A DNA stretch of 64,000 nt from Deferribacterales bacterium (GCA_050253075.1 JBFWJS010000003.1:405972-469971), one strand, 5' to 3'. Counted from the stretch's first letter, positions 40,730 to 50,992 are shown. Numbers and translations are program-made. The notes: generated by a model not told the origin, from the sequence alone.

Positions 40730-40822
40730 AAAAAAAGGTGCAAAGTATATAACCTTGCACCTTATTCCAGAGGCATTCCACCGCTCACGTCCGCTTTAAG
40801 TGTGACAAATCCAGTGACAAAA
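40730..40822. repeat. Degenerate att-region copy forming the left island boundary
   Basis: 39 bp identical to 59785-59823, then CCGCTCAC and TGTGACAAA/AGTGACAAA repeats matching 59890-59953; tRNA core missing. Confidence 0.85.
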
Positions 40823-40922
40823 GCGATCTTTCAATCTTGTTAAACTTTCTATGTGTATAATAAAAAAGGAAATTTTAATTTACTATTTTCTATAAAAGAT
40901 ATGTAACAGCTGCTCATTTCAC

Positions 40923-40978
40923 TGTTCAATCTGAACAAAGTGTTCAGCCAAGGTGTGATATTAAATCTGAACACTTTG
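40923..40978. promoter_or_regulatory. Candidate upstream activator sites for the sigma54 enhancer-binding protein
   Basis: TGTTCA-ATC-TGAACA-AAG-TGTTCA (40923-46) and inverted CTGAACACTTTG (40967-78); same motif at 50999-51013. Confidence 0.6.
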
Positions 40979-41068
40979 CTCTTTCCGGCAAAATTCTAAC
41001 ATTAATTAAATCATATTTACTAGTTATTTACGACTTTGGCACGCTTTGTAATTTTTTGTAAAGATGTG

Positions 41069-41084
41069 TGGCATAACCGTTGCT
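41069..41084 (+). promoter_or_regulatory. Sigma54 -24/-12 promoter
   Basis: TGGCATAACCGTTGCT fits TGGCA-N6-TTGC with correct GG-N10-GC spacing, 35 bp before the porin start. Confidence 0.8.
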
Positions 41085-41119
41085 CCCTCCATTTTCATAC
41101 TATTTCATGGAGGTTTGAA

Positions 41120-42433
41120 ATGATTCGAAAACTTTTAGGGGTATTGCTGATCATTGCATGCTTTGCGAACGCAGGTTTTGCTTATAAGCTCACGCTCAAT
41201 GGTTACAACGACACAGAGTTCCGTTTTATCGGTAACAGTAATGTAGGCGGAGACGATGTCTCTTCAAAAGATGCAAGCTATATTAAACAACAGCTTCGTA
41301 TCTGGGCTTTCCTTGACGTAGATGACAAAACACAGATCATCATGCGTACAACACCTATCAACCACAGATGGGGAGAGGCTTACAACCATAACACAGGCAT
41401 TATCAAAGGTACTTCTATCTTAGGTAGAGCATGGGTTAAGTATCAAGCTACTGATGAGTTAACTCTTCATGCGGGCTTTATGACAGCTGCTAACTATTCT
41501 ATCAAAGGATGGGCACAAGGCTGGTACAACGGTGGATTTACAGAGTTCGGCGCAAGAAGCGGTGGTAGAGCTGAATACGTAAAAGGACCTGTAAAACTCT
41601 GGGCTCAGTACGAGAAAACATTTGAGACTGATGATGACGACATGTTCTATGATGTTGATCACAACAGAGACTCTGATGCTCTTATCGCAGGTACAGACGT
41701 AACATACGACACAGTTAAGCTTCACGCATACGGTTCTTACTACTCTACATACGGCGCAGATGTTAATAATGATGACAGATCAAACATCTACGGTACATAC
41801 CTGAGTGCTGAGTTCCAACTGTCTGAAAAACTTTCTACAACATTCTCAACTGCATATGTTGCAGGTAAAGCTTATGACAACCAAGGCATTTACATGAAGC
41901 TCGAAGGCGAAGATGTAAAAGCTTATGGTGCATATGCAGATGTTCGCTATGAAGGCGACTTCGCAACTTTCGGTGTAGATGCTGAATACTCCAGCTACGA
42001 CAAGGAAGACGGTTTCTTCTCTGTAGGTGGTGACCTTGATAGAATGAAAATCATGGATGACGTAATGGGTGATAACAGAGGTGTTCCTGCTTCTACATCA
42101 TTACGTGTATTTGCGTCTAAAAAATTCGATAAACTTACATTCACACCTGCTCTTGCTTACTACAGAAGTAACATCACAGATGACGATGTAGCTATCGCTT
42201 ACGGTAGACCATTCAACGCAGTTAAAACATGGACAAAAGACACTACAGCTCTCGAAGCTGACCTTAGACTTTCTTACAAACTTTCTGAAGCTATCACACT
42301 TAACGGCGGCTACTCACTCGCTATGCTGGAAAACGTATCCAGCGGTGTTCAGGATGCAAACGGCAAATATGCATCATACGATCCTGACCCGGTTAGCTTA
42401 GTTTGGTTCCAATTCTTTGTTTCATTTAAATAA
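41120..42433 (+). CDS. Outer membrane porin-like beta-barrel protein
   Basis: Signal peptide (ANAGFA), Tyr/Asp-rich alternating beta-strands, aromatic C-terminus WFQFFVSFK; RBS GGAGG. Confidence 0.72.
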   Translation: MIRKLLGVLLIIACFANAGFAYKLTLNGYNDTEFRFIGNSNVGGDDVSSKDASYIKQQLRIWAFLDVDDKTQIIMRTTPINHRWGEAYNHNTGIIKGTSILGRAWVKYQATDELTLHAGFMTAANYSIKGWAQGWYNGGFTEFGARSGGRAEYVKGPVKLWAQYEKTFETDDDDMFYDVDHNRDSDALIAGTDVTYDTVKLHAYGSYYSTYGADVNNDDRSNIYGTYLSAEFQLSEKLSTTFSTAYVAGKAYDNQGIYMKLEGEDVKAYGAYADVRYEGDFATFGVDAEYSSYDKEDGFFSVGGDLDRMKIMDDVMGDNRGVPASTSLRVFASKKFDKLTFTPALAYYRSNITDDDVAIAYGRPFNAVKTWTKDTTALEADLRLSYKLSEAITLNGGYSLAMLENVSSGVQDANGKYASYDPDPVSLVWFQFFVSFK

Positions 42434-42513
42434 CAATTACAGCACCTTCCCCTTTTCACAGTGGAAGGTGCACCGTTTGACTTTGGTTTAAGTATTTAAA
42501 AAAGGAGATTGTT

Positions 42514-43725
42514 ATGAAGAAAAATGAAATGCCGGTTTTTGGTAACCTTCAAGGTATAAAAGTTCTGAGTGCCAGCAGTGCTATTGCCGGGCCATTCTCT
42601 GCCGGTATGTTTTCCGAGCAGGGTGCAGATGTGATCCAGATCGAAAGCGTAAAGTCACCTGACATGCTCAGAAACTTTGGCGACACATGGTCTGACTTTC
42701 ATAAGAACCAGCGTGGTATCACTCTGGATGTTCCTAATATCGAATCCAGACCAATACTGGAAAAGCTCATAAAATGGGCTGACATTCTTATCGAGTCCTC
42801 TAAGGGGGGGACATGGAAGAAATGGGGTCTTTCTGACGAAGTCCTTTGGGAAATGAATCCTAAACTTGTGATAACACACATTTCAGGTTTCGGTCAGACT
42901 GGTGACCCTGAATACATTCCAAGAGCGTCTTTTGACGTCGTTGGACAGGCATTTAGCGGATATATGTCAATTAACGGAGAGCCGGATCCTGCTCCTCCGT
43001 ATGCTCCGAAACCATTCCTTTGCGATTACACTACAGCGCTTTTTGCCGCTTTCGGAACTCTTGCTGCTTATTACAGAGCAAAAGAGACAGGCAAAGGCGA
43101 GAGTCTTGACGTTGCTCAGTTTGAGACACTCGTACGTATGCAGGGTAATTATCTTATGGACAGCCTTAACAAAGGCACTGAGTTCCAACGTATGGGTAAT
43201 AAAGACATCATCGGTGCCACAGACGGTACTGAAAAATGTAAAGACGGACGCTGGTACTACATCGCTGTCGGCGGTGCAGGTCCTCTTAAAAAACTTGAAA
43301 AACTTCTCGGACTCGAAGGAGACCCTGACTTTATCGAGCCACACTCGATCATCGCCAGATCATTCCCAGAGCGTGCTGCGAAGTTTAACAAGGCTATAAA
43401 AGCTTTTTGTCTGGAACACACACCTGAAGAACTTGACGAGATATTCTCCAAGCTTCAGATCCCTTCCAGCCCGATCATGACATACAAAATGATGATGGAG
43501 AACCCTCACTATCAAGCCAGAGAAGTGTTTATAGAGTGGGAAGACCCAAGCACTAACAAGCAGATCAAGGGACCTGCTCCTGTTCCTAAGTTTAAAAATA
43601 ACCCGAGCCGGGTATTCCGCGGTGGTCCTACTTACGGTCAGGATAACGAAGATGTTTTTGCTGAACTCGGCTTTAACGAAGGCGACATCCAGGAGTTCTA
43701 CAACAAGGGTTTAATTAAGAAATAA
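42514..43725 (+). CDS. Family III CoA-transferase (CaiB/BaiF type)
   Basis: IAGPF, WADILIESSKG, NPKLVITHISGFGQTGDP, QAFSGYMSING, catalytic Asp in LCDY, TGKGESLDVA. Confidence 0.92.
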   Translation: MKKNEMPVFGNLQGIKVLSASSAIAGPFSAGMFSEQGADVIQIESVKSPDMLRNFGDTWSDFHKNQRGITLDVPNIESRPILEKLIKWADILIESSKGGTWKKWGLSDEVLWEMNPKLVITHISGFGQTGDPEYIPRASFDVVGQAFSGYMSINGEPDPAPPYAPKPFLCDYTTALFAAFGTLAAYYRAKETGKGESLDVAQFETLVRMQGNYLMDSLNKGTEFQRMGNKDIIGATDGTEKCKDGRWYYIAVGGAGPLKKLEKLLGLEGDPDFIEPHSIIARSFPERAAKFNKAIKAFCLEHTPEELDEIFSKLQIPSSPIMTYKMMMENPHYQAREVFIEWEDPSTNKQIKGPAPVPKFKNNPSRVFRGGPTYGQDNEDVFAELGFNEGDIQEFYNKGLIKK

Positions 43726-43790
43726 TCATGGCGGTCGAGTCATCGGCCGTCAGTCTTTAACCCGCAGGATGATGACATAGGTGAACCCAA

Positions 43791-45056
43791 ATGAAGAAGA
43801 CTAAGAAGATGCATTATGCATGGTATATTCTGATTTGTGTTTGTGCTCTTTATGGTGCCGGGATAGGAATGATAGCTAACAGTGCCGGTCTGTTCCTTTT
43901 AGAAGTGACAAAAGAAATGGGCTGGAAAAGCGCTAGTCTTAACTTTTACATCACTATATTGCTCACTGTTATGACTATTTTACTTCCTATAGCAGGTCGC
44001 ATTTATACCAAGGTAGACATAAGAATAATATTGTCTGCAGGTATCACGGCAATGGCGGCCGGGTATGTTTATAGTGCTTTCACAAACCACCTCTGGGAAT
44101 GGTATGTCATAGGCGTTGTGCTAGGTATAGCATATGCCTTTATACTTTACCTCCCGGGACCTCTTCTTATAAACAATTGGTTTGATAAGCGTGCAGGCTT
44201 AGCACTTGGCATAAGTGTAGCTTTTGCCAGTATCACTGCTGCAATAGTCAATCCTTTTGGAGGGTGGCTGATAGATGAATACGGCTGGCGTTTCGCTAGA
44301 ATAGCCATAGGCTCAAGCGCCTGGGTTTTAGCAATGCCGTTTTGTATATTCCTAGTGAGATACAAGCCGGAAGATATGGGGTTAAAACCCTATGGTTATA
44401 ATGGAAATAGCGAGATCGACTCCGGTCTTGTAATCGAAAAGGGTGTGCTTTATAAAAATGCACTCTCCAATCCGGTTTTCTACATGGTTTTTCTGCTGGC
44501 AGGTCTGATCGTGTTTACGGCTAGTATGCACGTTATGACCCCAAGTTACGCACGTTCCATCGGGCTGTCCTCTACGGTAGGAGCTACTGCCGTTTCAGTG
44601 ATAATGGTGGGCGGTGTCGTTGGAAAGTTTCTGCTTGGCTGGCTGGCGGATAAAATAGGTGTTCGCAGCACTACTTTCTTTGCAATGCTCGTCGGAGCAT
44701 GCGGAGCAGGAGTAGTGCTGATAGCAGGTACATACGTCCCTCTGTTTTTTATAGGAACATTTATGTTCGGCTTTAGTTATGCCGCACTGACAATCGTTCC
44801 GCCTCTTGTAGTGCGGGCCGTATATGGCCCGCTTGATTACGAAAAAATATACTCCACAGTAACAATCGCATTAGGCTTTTTCGGTGCAATAGCACCCCTT
44901 GTATACGGTGGTGTATATGACCTGACTGATAGCTACAGAGGAGCTTGGGGACTAGTTCTCGGATGTAATATCGGAGCATTCATACTGGCAGTTCTTATTT
45001 TCAATCTGAACAAAAATCTAAAATGGACAGAGAGAACTGCAAGAATAACTAAATAG
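43791..45056 (+). CDS. MFS transporter (OFA-like)
   Basis: HYAWYIL, NNWFDKRAGLALG, GWR and GWLADKIG; about 12 TM. Confidence 0.88.
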   Translation: MKKTKKMHYAWYILICVCALYGAGIGMIANSAGLFLLEVTKEMGWKSASLNFYITILLTVMTILLPIAGRIYTKVDIRIILSAGITAMAAGYVYSAFTNHLWEWYVIGVVLGIAYAFILYLPGPLLINNWFDKRAGLALGISVAFASITAAIVNPFGGWLIDEYGWRFARIAIGSSAWVLAMPFCIFLVRYKPEDMGLKPYGYNGNSEIDSGLVIEKGVLYKNALSNPVFYMVFLLAGLIVFTASMHVMTPSYARSIGLSSTVGATAVSVIMVGGVVGKFLLGWLADKIGVRSTTFFAMLVGACGAGVVLIAGTYVPLFFIGTFMFGFSYAALTIVPPLVVRAVYGPLDYEKIYSTVTIALGFFGAIAPLVYGGVYDLTDSYRGAWGLVLGCNIGAFILAVLIFNLNKNLKWTERTARITK

Positions 45057-45069
45057 TGAGGTATTTATT

Positions 45070-46317
45070 ATGAGTAACACGAACAATAACGGTGGTATTC
45101 ACTACGCTTGGTGGGTACTGGTGGCATGCTGTGCTATGTACGGCGGAGCAGTCGGAGTAATAGGTAACACAATGGGTATCTTCCTTAACCCTGTTATGCA
45201 GGAGATGGAATGGACTCGTGTTCAGGCTTCTTATTACATGTCTATCAGTGGTCTTTTGACTGCACTTTTTCAGCCTATTGCAGGCAGGCTTTTTTCCAAA
45301 GTAGACATAAGACTTATACTCGGAACTGTAGTTGCTGTGCTTTGCGGAGCATACGCAGTTTCTTCTCAGTTTCACTCGCTTATGGCTTGGAACGTGTTTG
45401 GTGTGATAATTGGTGTGTGTAACGCTTTCCTTTTTTATCTGCCAATTCCTATCCTCATAAACAGCTGGTTCAAAAAGAACGTTGGACTGGCGCTTGGTAT
45501 AGCCGTAGCCTTCTCCAGCATCACTGCTGTCTTTGCTAACCCTGTAGGTAACTGGCTCATTACGGAGTATGGCTGGAGAATGGCGAGGCTTATTTTTGGC
45601 GGAGTCGTTTTCGTGGGTGTAATGCCTTTTATGGTATTCGTAATCCGCAGATTCCCTGAACAAAAAGGTCTTAAGGCCTATGGTGCTGATTCTCTGAAAG
45701 AAGAAAAGGCAGCTTCAGGAGAAGCAAAAGGTGCGTCTTTTAAAGAAGCGATGACATCCTTCTCTTTCTGGTGTTTCTTCCTTATGGCATGCCTTATCGT
45801 GACATGTGCGTCTATGCATATTCAAACACCCGGCTACGCTGTTTGGAAAGGCCTTGGCTCTCAGATTGGTGCAACTGCCGTATCGGTTATTATGATAGGC
45901 GGTATCACCGGTAAAGTATTCCTCGGCTGGCTTAATGACAGAATAGGTATCGTTAAAACAGGTGTTTTCGCTATGGTTGTGGGTATTGCAGGCAGTATCA
46001 TTGCTGTCGCAGCTAACCTTAACGTAACAATTTTCTTCATTGGTACTTTCATGTTCGGTGTGGCTTATGCTGCCCTTACAATCGTACCGCCACTTCTTAT
46101 CCGTACTAGATTTGGTATGAAGAACTACTCTCAGATATTCTCTATTATCGCATTTGGTCTCGGTATCTTCGGAGGTACTGTTGCGCCAATGCTTTATGGA
46201 AAACTGTATGACATCGACAAGTCGTTCGCCATCCACTGGCCGCTCGTCACAGGTATGTTTGCCGCTGCTCTTGTGCTGCTCCTTATGGGTGTAGCCACAA
46301 GCAAAAAAACATACTAA
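45070..46317 (+). CDS. MFS transporter (OFA-like), paralog of the upstream gene
   Basis: HYAWWVL, NSWFKKNVGLALG, GWLNDRIG and shared YAALTIVPPL. Confidence 0.88.
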   Translation: MSNTNNNGGIHYAWWVLVACCAMYGGAVGVIGNTMGIFLNPVMQEMEWTRVQASYYMSISGLLTALFQPIAGRLFSKVDIRLILGTVVAVLCGAYAVSSQFHSLMAWNVFGVIIGVCNAFLFYLPIPILINSWFKKNVGLALGIAVAFSSITAVFANPVGNWLITEYGWRMARLIFGGVVFVGVMPFMVFVIRRFPEQKGLKAYGADSLKEEKAASGEAKGASFKEAMTSFSFWCFFLMACLIVTCASMHIQTPGYAVWKGLGSQIGATAVSVIMIGGITGKVFLGWLNDRIGIVKTGVFAMVVGIAGSIIAVAANLNVTIFFIGTFMFGVAYAALTIVPPLLIRTRFGMKNYSQIFSIIAFGLGIFGGTVAPMLYGKLYDIDKSFAIHWPLVTGMFAAALVLLLMGVATSKKTY

Positions 46318-46425
46318 GCAAAGGTATTCACAAGCAGCCCCTTATGCCCGGCATAGGGGGCTGGTGTGGTTTTACAGAACAATAAAGTTGTATATATTAC
46401 AACACATCAAAGAGGCAAAGACACT

Positions 46426-47982
46426 ATGTTGAATATGGGATACTTCCTTATTAATAGTGCCAATACATATCCTGATAAAACAGCACTTGTATGCGAAGAT
46501 AAGCGAATAAGCTATTCTCAGCTAAATATACGTGCTGCTAAACTTGCCAATAGCCTTATTGAGCTGGGAGTTAAAAAGGGCGATAAAGTAGCGTACCTAT
46601 TTCCAAACTGTATCGAGCTTGTGGAGACATATTTTGCAATTCAGAAGATAGGAGCAGTGGCTGTTCCTCTGAATCACAGGCTTGTATTTTCAGAAATAAG
46701 GTACCTGCTGGAGTCAGCCGACTGTTCAATTTTTTTTTACAGCGAAAAATACAGAGACATCGCAATAGAATGCGGTGGGACATCAATAGATGTATTAAAG
46801 CAATGCATATGTACCACAGACAACCCTTCAGAAGTTGAGCTAGGCTATGAACAATTCTTAGCAAATGGTGCAGAAGTTGAGCCTGATATAGAAGTGAGTA
46901 ATGATGATCTATGCCGTATTCAGTTCACAGGCGGCACCACAGGGATACCGAAAGGGGTGATGCATACCCATGAGCAAGATGCTCTTACTATGCTGTCTTT
47001 ACTGACACAGACTAAGATAGGTACTGTACCCGATGAAGTTGTTATGGCACAGAGCCCTATGAATCATCACGGTGGTTACACATGGGTGATGTGTGCGATT
47101 GCTGCCGGATGTACTTATGTCATGCAGGATAAATTCGATTCGAAAAAAATTCTCGAGGCTATAGAAAGAGAGAAAGTAACTTATCTCTTACTTTTACCGC
47201 CTTCAAGCTACCTTAGACTAACGCAGTCGGATCATATGAAAGAGTATGACGTATCATCTATAAAAGTTATACAAACCTCTGCCGGAGGAACTTCCAAAGA
47301 GATTGCTAATGCTGTTTTTCAGAATTTCCCAAATGCAGAGATGCATTACGGCTGGGCTCAGACCGAATCAGGGGTAGGAACCAAGCTGATACTCACGAGA
47401 GACATGGATATAGATTCTGAATTGTTCAATAGTATAGGTTCGCCGGCAGGGCTGATAGAGCTGAAGATCATTGACGATAGGGGAGTAGAAGTCCCTGAAG
47501 GGGCTGTTGGAGAGTGTGTAGTAAAGGGCCCGACGATAATGAGCGGTTATTATGGTCAGCCTGAGCTTACTGAGAAAACTTTCTGCGGGAAATGGCTGCA
47601 TACCGGAGACATGCTCTATAAAAAGAACGGATATTACTACATGGTTGGCAGAAAAACAGATATGGTCAAAACTGGCGGCGAAAATGTCTACAGTAAGGAT
47701 GTTGAATCAGTTCTTTTATCCAACCCATGTATTGCAGAGTGCGCTGTCGTGGGTATCAGAGATGATAAATGGGGGGAAGCTATTGCCGCAGTTATAAGAC
47801 CTTGTGAAGGCAAGACTATAACATGTGAAGACCTCCTGAAGTACTGTAAATGCAATATGGCAAGCTATAAAAAGCCAAAATACATTTGTATCACAACTGA
47901 CCCTATCGCAGATTCAGCAGGAAAGATAAACAAAAGTAGAATATCAGAAAAATACGTTTTCAACTGTATTACGGAGGATTAA
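46426..47982 (+). CDS. AMP-binding acyl-CoA synthetase
   Basis: FTGGTTGIPKG, YGWAQTE, HTGD, GRKTDMVKTGGENV and GKINK motifs. Confidence 0.92.
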   Translation: MLNMGYFLINSANTYPDKTALVCEDKRISYSQLNIRAAKLANSLIELGVKKGDKVAYLFPNCIELVETYFAIQKIGAVAVPLNHRLVFSEIRYLLESADCSIFFYSEKYRDIAIECGGTSIDVLKQCICTTDNPSEVELGYEQFLANGAEVEPDIEVSNDDLCRIQFTGGTTGIPKGVMHTHEQDALTMLSLLTQTKIGTVPDEVVMAQSPMNHHGGYTWVMCAIAAGCTYVMQDKFDSKKILEAIEREKVTYLLLLPPSSYLRLTQSDHMKEYDVSSIKVIQTSAGGTSKEIANAVFQNFPNAEMHYGWAQTESGVGTKLILTRDMDIDSELFNSIGSPAGLIELKIIDDRGVEVPEGAVGECVVKGPTIMSGYYGQPELTEKTFCGKWLHTGDMLYKKNGYYYMVGRKTDMVKTGGENVYSKDVESVLLSNPCIAECAVVGIRDDKWGEAIAAVIRPCEGKTITCEDLLKYCKCNMASYKKPKYICITTDPIADSAGKINKSRISEKYVFNCITED

Positions 47983-48750
47983 ATGAAAAATATTATAAAT
48001 GACCTTATCAGCGAACAATGCCTTGTAGATAATCTTGTTTCTGAGCTTTCTGATGAGCAATGGCAGACGGTCATTCCAGGCTCAGGTAAATGGACTATTA
48101 GGGAGACAATAGTACACATAGCTTTCTTTGACTATGCTGCAAGAAAGCTCATGTCAGGAGAAGCTGATGACCTTATGGTTATCTCTGAAGAAGCCGGTCA
48201 GGACGAATATTACTGCTCTCATGCATATGACAATATGACAGGAAAAGATGCACTCAGCTGGTGGAGAGAAGAGAGAACAAGAATGACTGCTCTCCTTTAT
48301 GATAAAAATCCAAAAGACAGAATACCATGGGCTCCGGGGCTCCCTATGTCTGCAAGGTCCTTAGCCTCTGCAAGGCAAATGGAACTGTGGGCACACTCTG
48401 TGGATATATATGATGCCCTTGGCCTTGATCCTGTTGTGAAAGATAGGATCGCACACACACTGTTTCTTTCATGGGCTGCGAGACCAAATGCGTATTACAT
48501 TAACGGTATCGAACTTCCGGAGACCCCACTGTATCTTGAACTCACACTGCCAAGTGGAGAAAAATGGGTGAAAGGAGAGCCTGAAGCTGAGAATTTTATC
48601 AAAGGAAATGCTAAGGACTGGGCTCTGGTGGCTGTTAGAAGAAGAAACTGGAGAAATACAGGCTTAGAAGTGATCGGTGAAGAGGCAGAGCGCTACGCAG
48701 ATGTTGTTCAGACATATGCAGGACGTGCAGATGCGGCACCGTCAATTTGA
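47983..48750 (+). CDS. DinB/maleylpyruvate-isomerase superfamily protein (TIGR03084-like)
   Basis: WTIRETIVHIAFFD, RIPWAPGLPMSA and ARQMELWAHSVDI. Confidence 0.75.
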   Translation: MKNIINDLISEQCLVDNLVSELSDEQWQTVIPGSGKWTIRETIVHIAFFDYAARKLMSGEADDLMVISEEAGQDEYYCSHAYDNMTGKDALSWWREERTRMTALLYDKNPKDRIPWAPGLPMSARSLASARQMELWAHSVDIYDALGLDPVVKDRIAHTLFLSWAARPNAYYINGIELPETPLYLELTLPSGEKWVKGEPEAENFIKGNAKDWALVAVRRRNWRNTGLEVIGEEAERYADVVQTYAGRADAAPSI

Positions 48751-49066
48751 TGATTAACGAAAAGTTTAAGATTTTTTACCGATTTCTATATGAAAGCTAG
48801 CCAAATGCTATATATTGTAAAAGTATGGAATGTGAAATAAAGTTTACAAAAAAATGACATAATACGGTTCATGTATCTGGGTGAGTTAATTGAACCGCAT
48901 TTATTTGGTTTATTTCATAAAACATTAATAAAAGCCTATAATACTTATAGTTATCCGATGGCACTTGTTTGGTTAGCCAAAATGTATGCACGGTGAAAGA
49001 CTACGGGGAGTAAAATACTAACAGTATAGACATTATTAATTTGTATCATGTACTAGGAGTGGACCA

Positions 49067-50992
49067 ATGTATGAAGCTCAAGAAGATATTATTATTGCTT
49101 GGAAGGCATTTATAAAAGACGGGGTGATTCTTGAAGATAAGGTCAGGCCGGAAGTCAGTAGGGCTTGGCTTAGATGCAGTGAATCCGGTATTGATCCGTG
49201 GTCTAGCACATATCCGAAAGGATCTATGCAGGAGCTAAAAGAACGAACAGAGCAGAATCAGTTTCTGCTTGATATTGCTTCTCCTGTTATGGAGATACTT
49301 TATACATTATTGAATATCAACATTTCGATATGCGATAAAGACGGCTTTATTTTTAAACTTATATCTCCATTAGATAATTATCCTCGTTCGCTTGGTTCAT
49401 TCATAAGAGAATCAACTCATGGTAATGGTGCTATAACAATTACTCTCAAAGAAAACATTGCAAATAGAATAGATGGATTTGAACATTACAGAGCTGTATC
49501 ACATGGCTGTTCAGATGCCAGTGCTCCTATAATGCATAAGGGTGAACTTATAGGCGCTATAAACGGGGTGAGCATATTTGGCCCTATGCCTGATGTCACT
49601 CTGGATATGCTTGTAAAGAGTGCCGCACTTATAGAGCAGCTCCTTAATCCGGAAGCATTCCGCCAGACTAGGTATTCAGATAATATGCACTCAGAGATGG
49701 GGGCTGCTATTACTGATATTATTAACCTTTCAGATGAAGTTGTTATGATTCTTTCTGATGATGGCTATTTAAAATATTCCAGTTCAAATACTAAAGATGC
49801 AGTAGGTATGATCTACAGCGGTGTAAATATTGTAGATATGCTTGATAATAAAAAAGAAGCAAAGCATATCTTGGAGGGTTGTGCTCTTGAGAACACAGAA
49901 GCTTCCTATAAATTTCAAAATAGTAAGACACTGAAATTGCTTAGAAAAAGCTGTTTATGCTTTGGCGGTGAAACATATAAAATGTTAGTCTTTAAGCACA
50001 TACAGGAGAAGCAAGTAGTTCATATTAAAGAAATACATCGGAATGACTTATATATTGGTAATAGTGAAGAGTGGTGTAAAGTTGATGAGATGATTCATAG
50101 GGTGGCAGGCTTTTCTTCTAACGTTATGGTTTTCGGAGAAACAGGCACAGGTAAAGAAGTTGTTTCAAAAGCTATACACAAACTTAGTGGTCGCAAAGGT
50201 AATTTTGTCGCTGTGAATTGCGGCAACATCCCTAAGGAGCTTATTTGCAGTGAGTTCTTTGGTTATGACCGCGGAGCTTTTACCGGTGCAAGATCCGAAG
50301 GTGCAATGGGTAAGTTTGAATACGCAAACAACGGTACACTGCTTTTGGATGAGATAAGCGAAATGCCGCTTGATATGCAGGTGAGCCTGTTACGTTTTAT
50401 TCAGGAAAGATCTATCACTAAGATAAATTCGAATGTAACTAAGGAATTGGATGTTCGTATAATAGCCGCTACAAACAAGAATATTTGTGATCTTGTCAGT
50501 AAGGGACTCTTCAGAGAAGACCTTTACTACAGGCTTGCAGTAATAGAGCTTGAGCTGCCTCCTCTGAATGAACGAGGAGAGGACGTTATACATCTCGCGG
50601 AGCATTTTATCCGTGAACTCTCTTCTCAGCTGAATATAGGTATTAAAACTCTTGATCGCTGTGCAAAAGATGTTCTTTTAAGCCATTACTGGCCAGGTAA
50701 TATAAGAGAGCTTCGTAACTATATCGAAAAGATAATGATATTGTCTTTAGATGATGTGATCACAGCAGATATACTCGCAAGATACGGCATGATACATGAA
50801 GGTGAACTTCATCCTCAAGCTGTCATAGGCAAGAACGATAAGCTCGACAGAATCAGGAAATGTCTTGAAAAACATAAAGGGAATATTGCGCAAACAGCTA
50901 AAGAACTCGGTATGGCTCGCAATACACTTTATCGCAAGATTGATAAATATAATATCCATATCCAGACATCAGTAGTCAAACATGCAAATTGA
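49067..50992 (+). CDS. Sigma54-dependent enhancer-binding protein (AcoR-like sensor, AAA+, Fis HTH)
   Basis: VRPEVSRAWLRC, GETGTGKE, GAFTGA, LLLDEI, WPGNIREL and TAKELGMARNTLYRK. Confidence 0.94.
   Translation: MYEAQEDIIIAWKAFIKDGVILEDKVRPEVSRAWLRCSESGIDPWSSTYPKGSMQELKERTEQNQFLLDIASPVMEILYTLLNINISICDKDGFIFKLISPLDNYPRSLGSFIRESTHGNGAITITLKENIANRIDGFEHYRAVSHGCSDASAPIMHKGELIGAINGVSIFGPMPDVTLDMLVKSAALIEQLLNPEAFRQTRYSDNMHSEMGAAITDIINLSDEVVMILSDDGYLKYSSSNTKDAVGMIYSGVNIVDMLDNKKEAKHILEGCALENTEASYKFQNSKTLKLLRKSCLCFGGETYKMLVFKHIQEKQVVHIKEIHRNDLYIGNSEEWCKVDEMIHRVAGFSSNVMVFGETGTGKEVVSKAIHKLSGRKGNFVAVNCGNIPKELICSEFFGYDRGAFTGARSEGAMGKFEYANNGTLLLDEISEMPLDMQVSLLRFIQERSITKINSNVTKELDVRIIAATNKNICDLVSKGLFREDLYYRLAVIELELPPLNERGEDVIHLAEHFIRELSSQLNIGIKTLDRCAKDVLLSHYWPGNIRELRNYIEKIMILSLDDVITADILARYGMIHEGELHPQAVIGKNDKLDRIRKCLEKHKGNIAQTAKELGMARNTLYRKIDKYNIHIQTSVVKHAN

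Noticed and set aside
40452..40781. Shared peptide NKVQGYILCTFF in minus-strand ORFs 40452-40781 and 59678-59866 as a duplicated small gene
   Set aside because: It is only the translation of the duplicated terminator/att repeat
41037..41052. TGGCACGCTTTGTAAT as a sigma54 promoter, and TTG 41036 as the porin start
   Set aside because: No GC at the -12 position. The site at 41069 fits, and ATG 41120 has an RBS and signal peptide.
48959..48974. TGGCACTTGTTTGGTT as a sigma54 promoter for the activator gene
   Set aside because: The -12 TTGC element is missing
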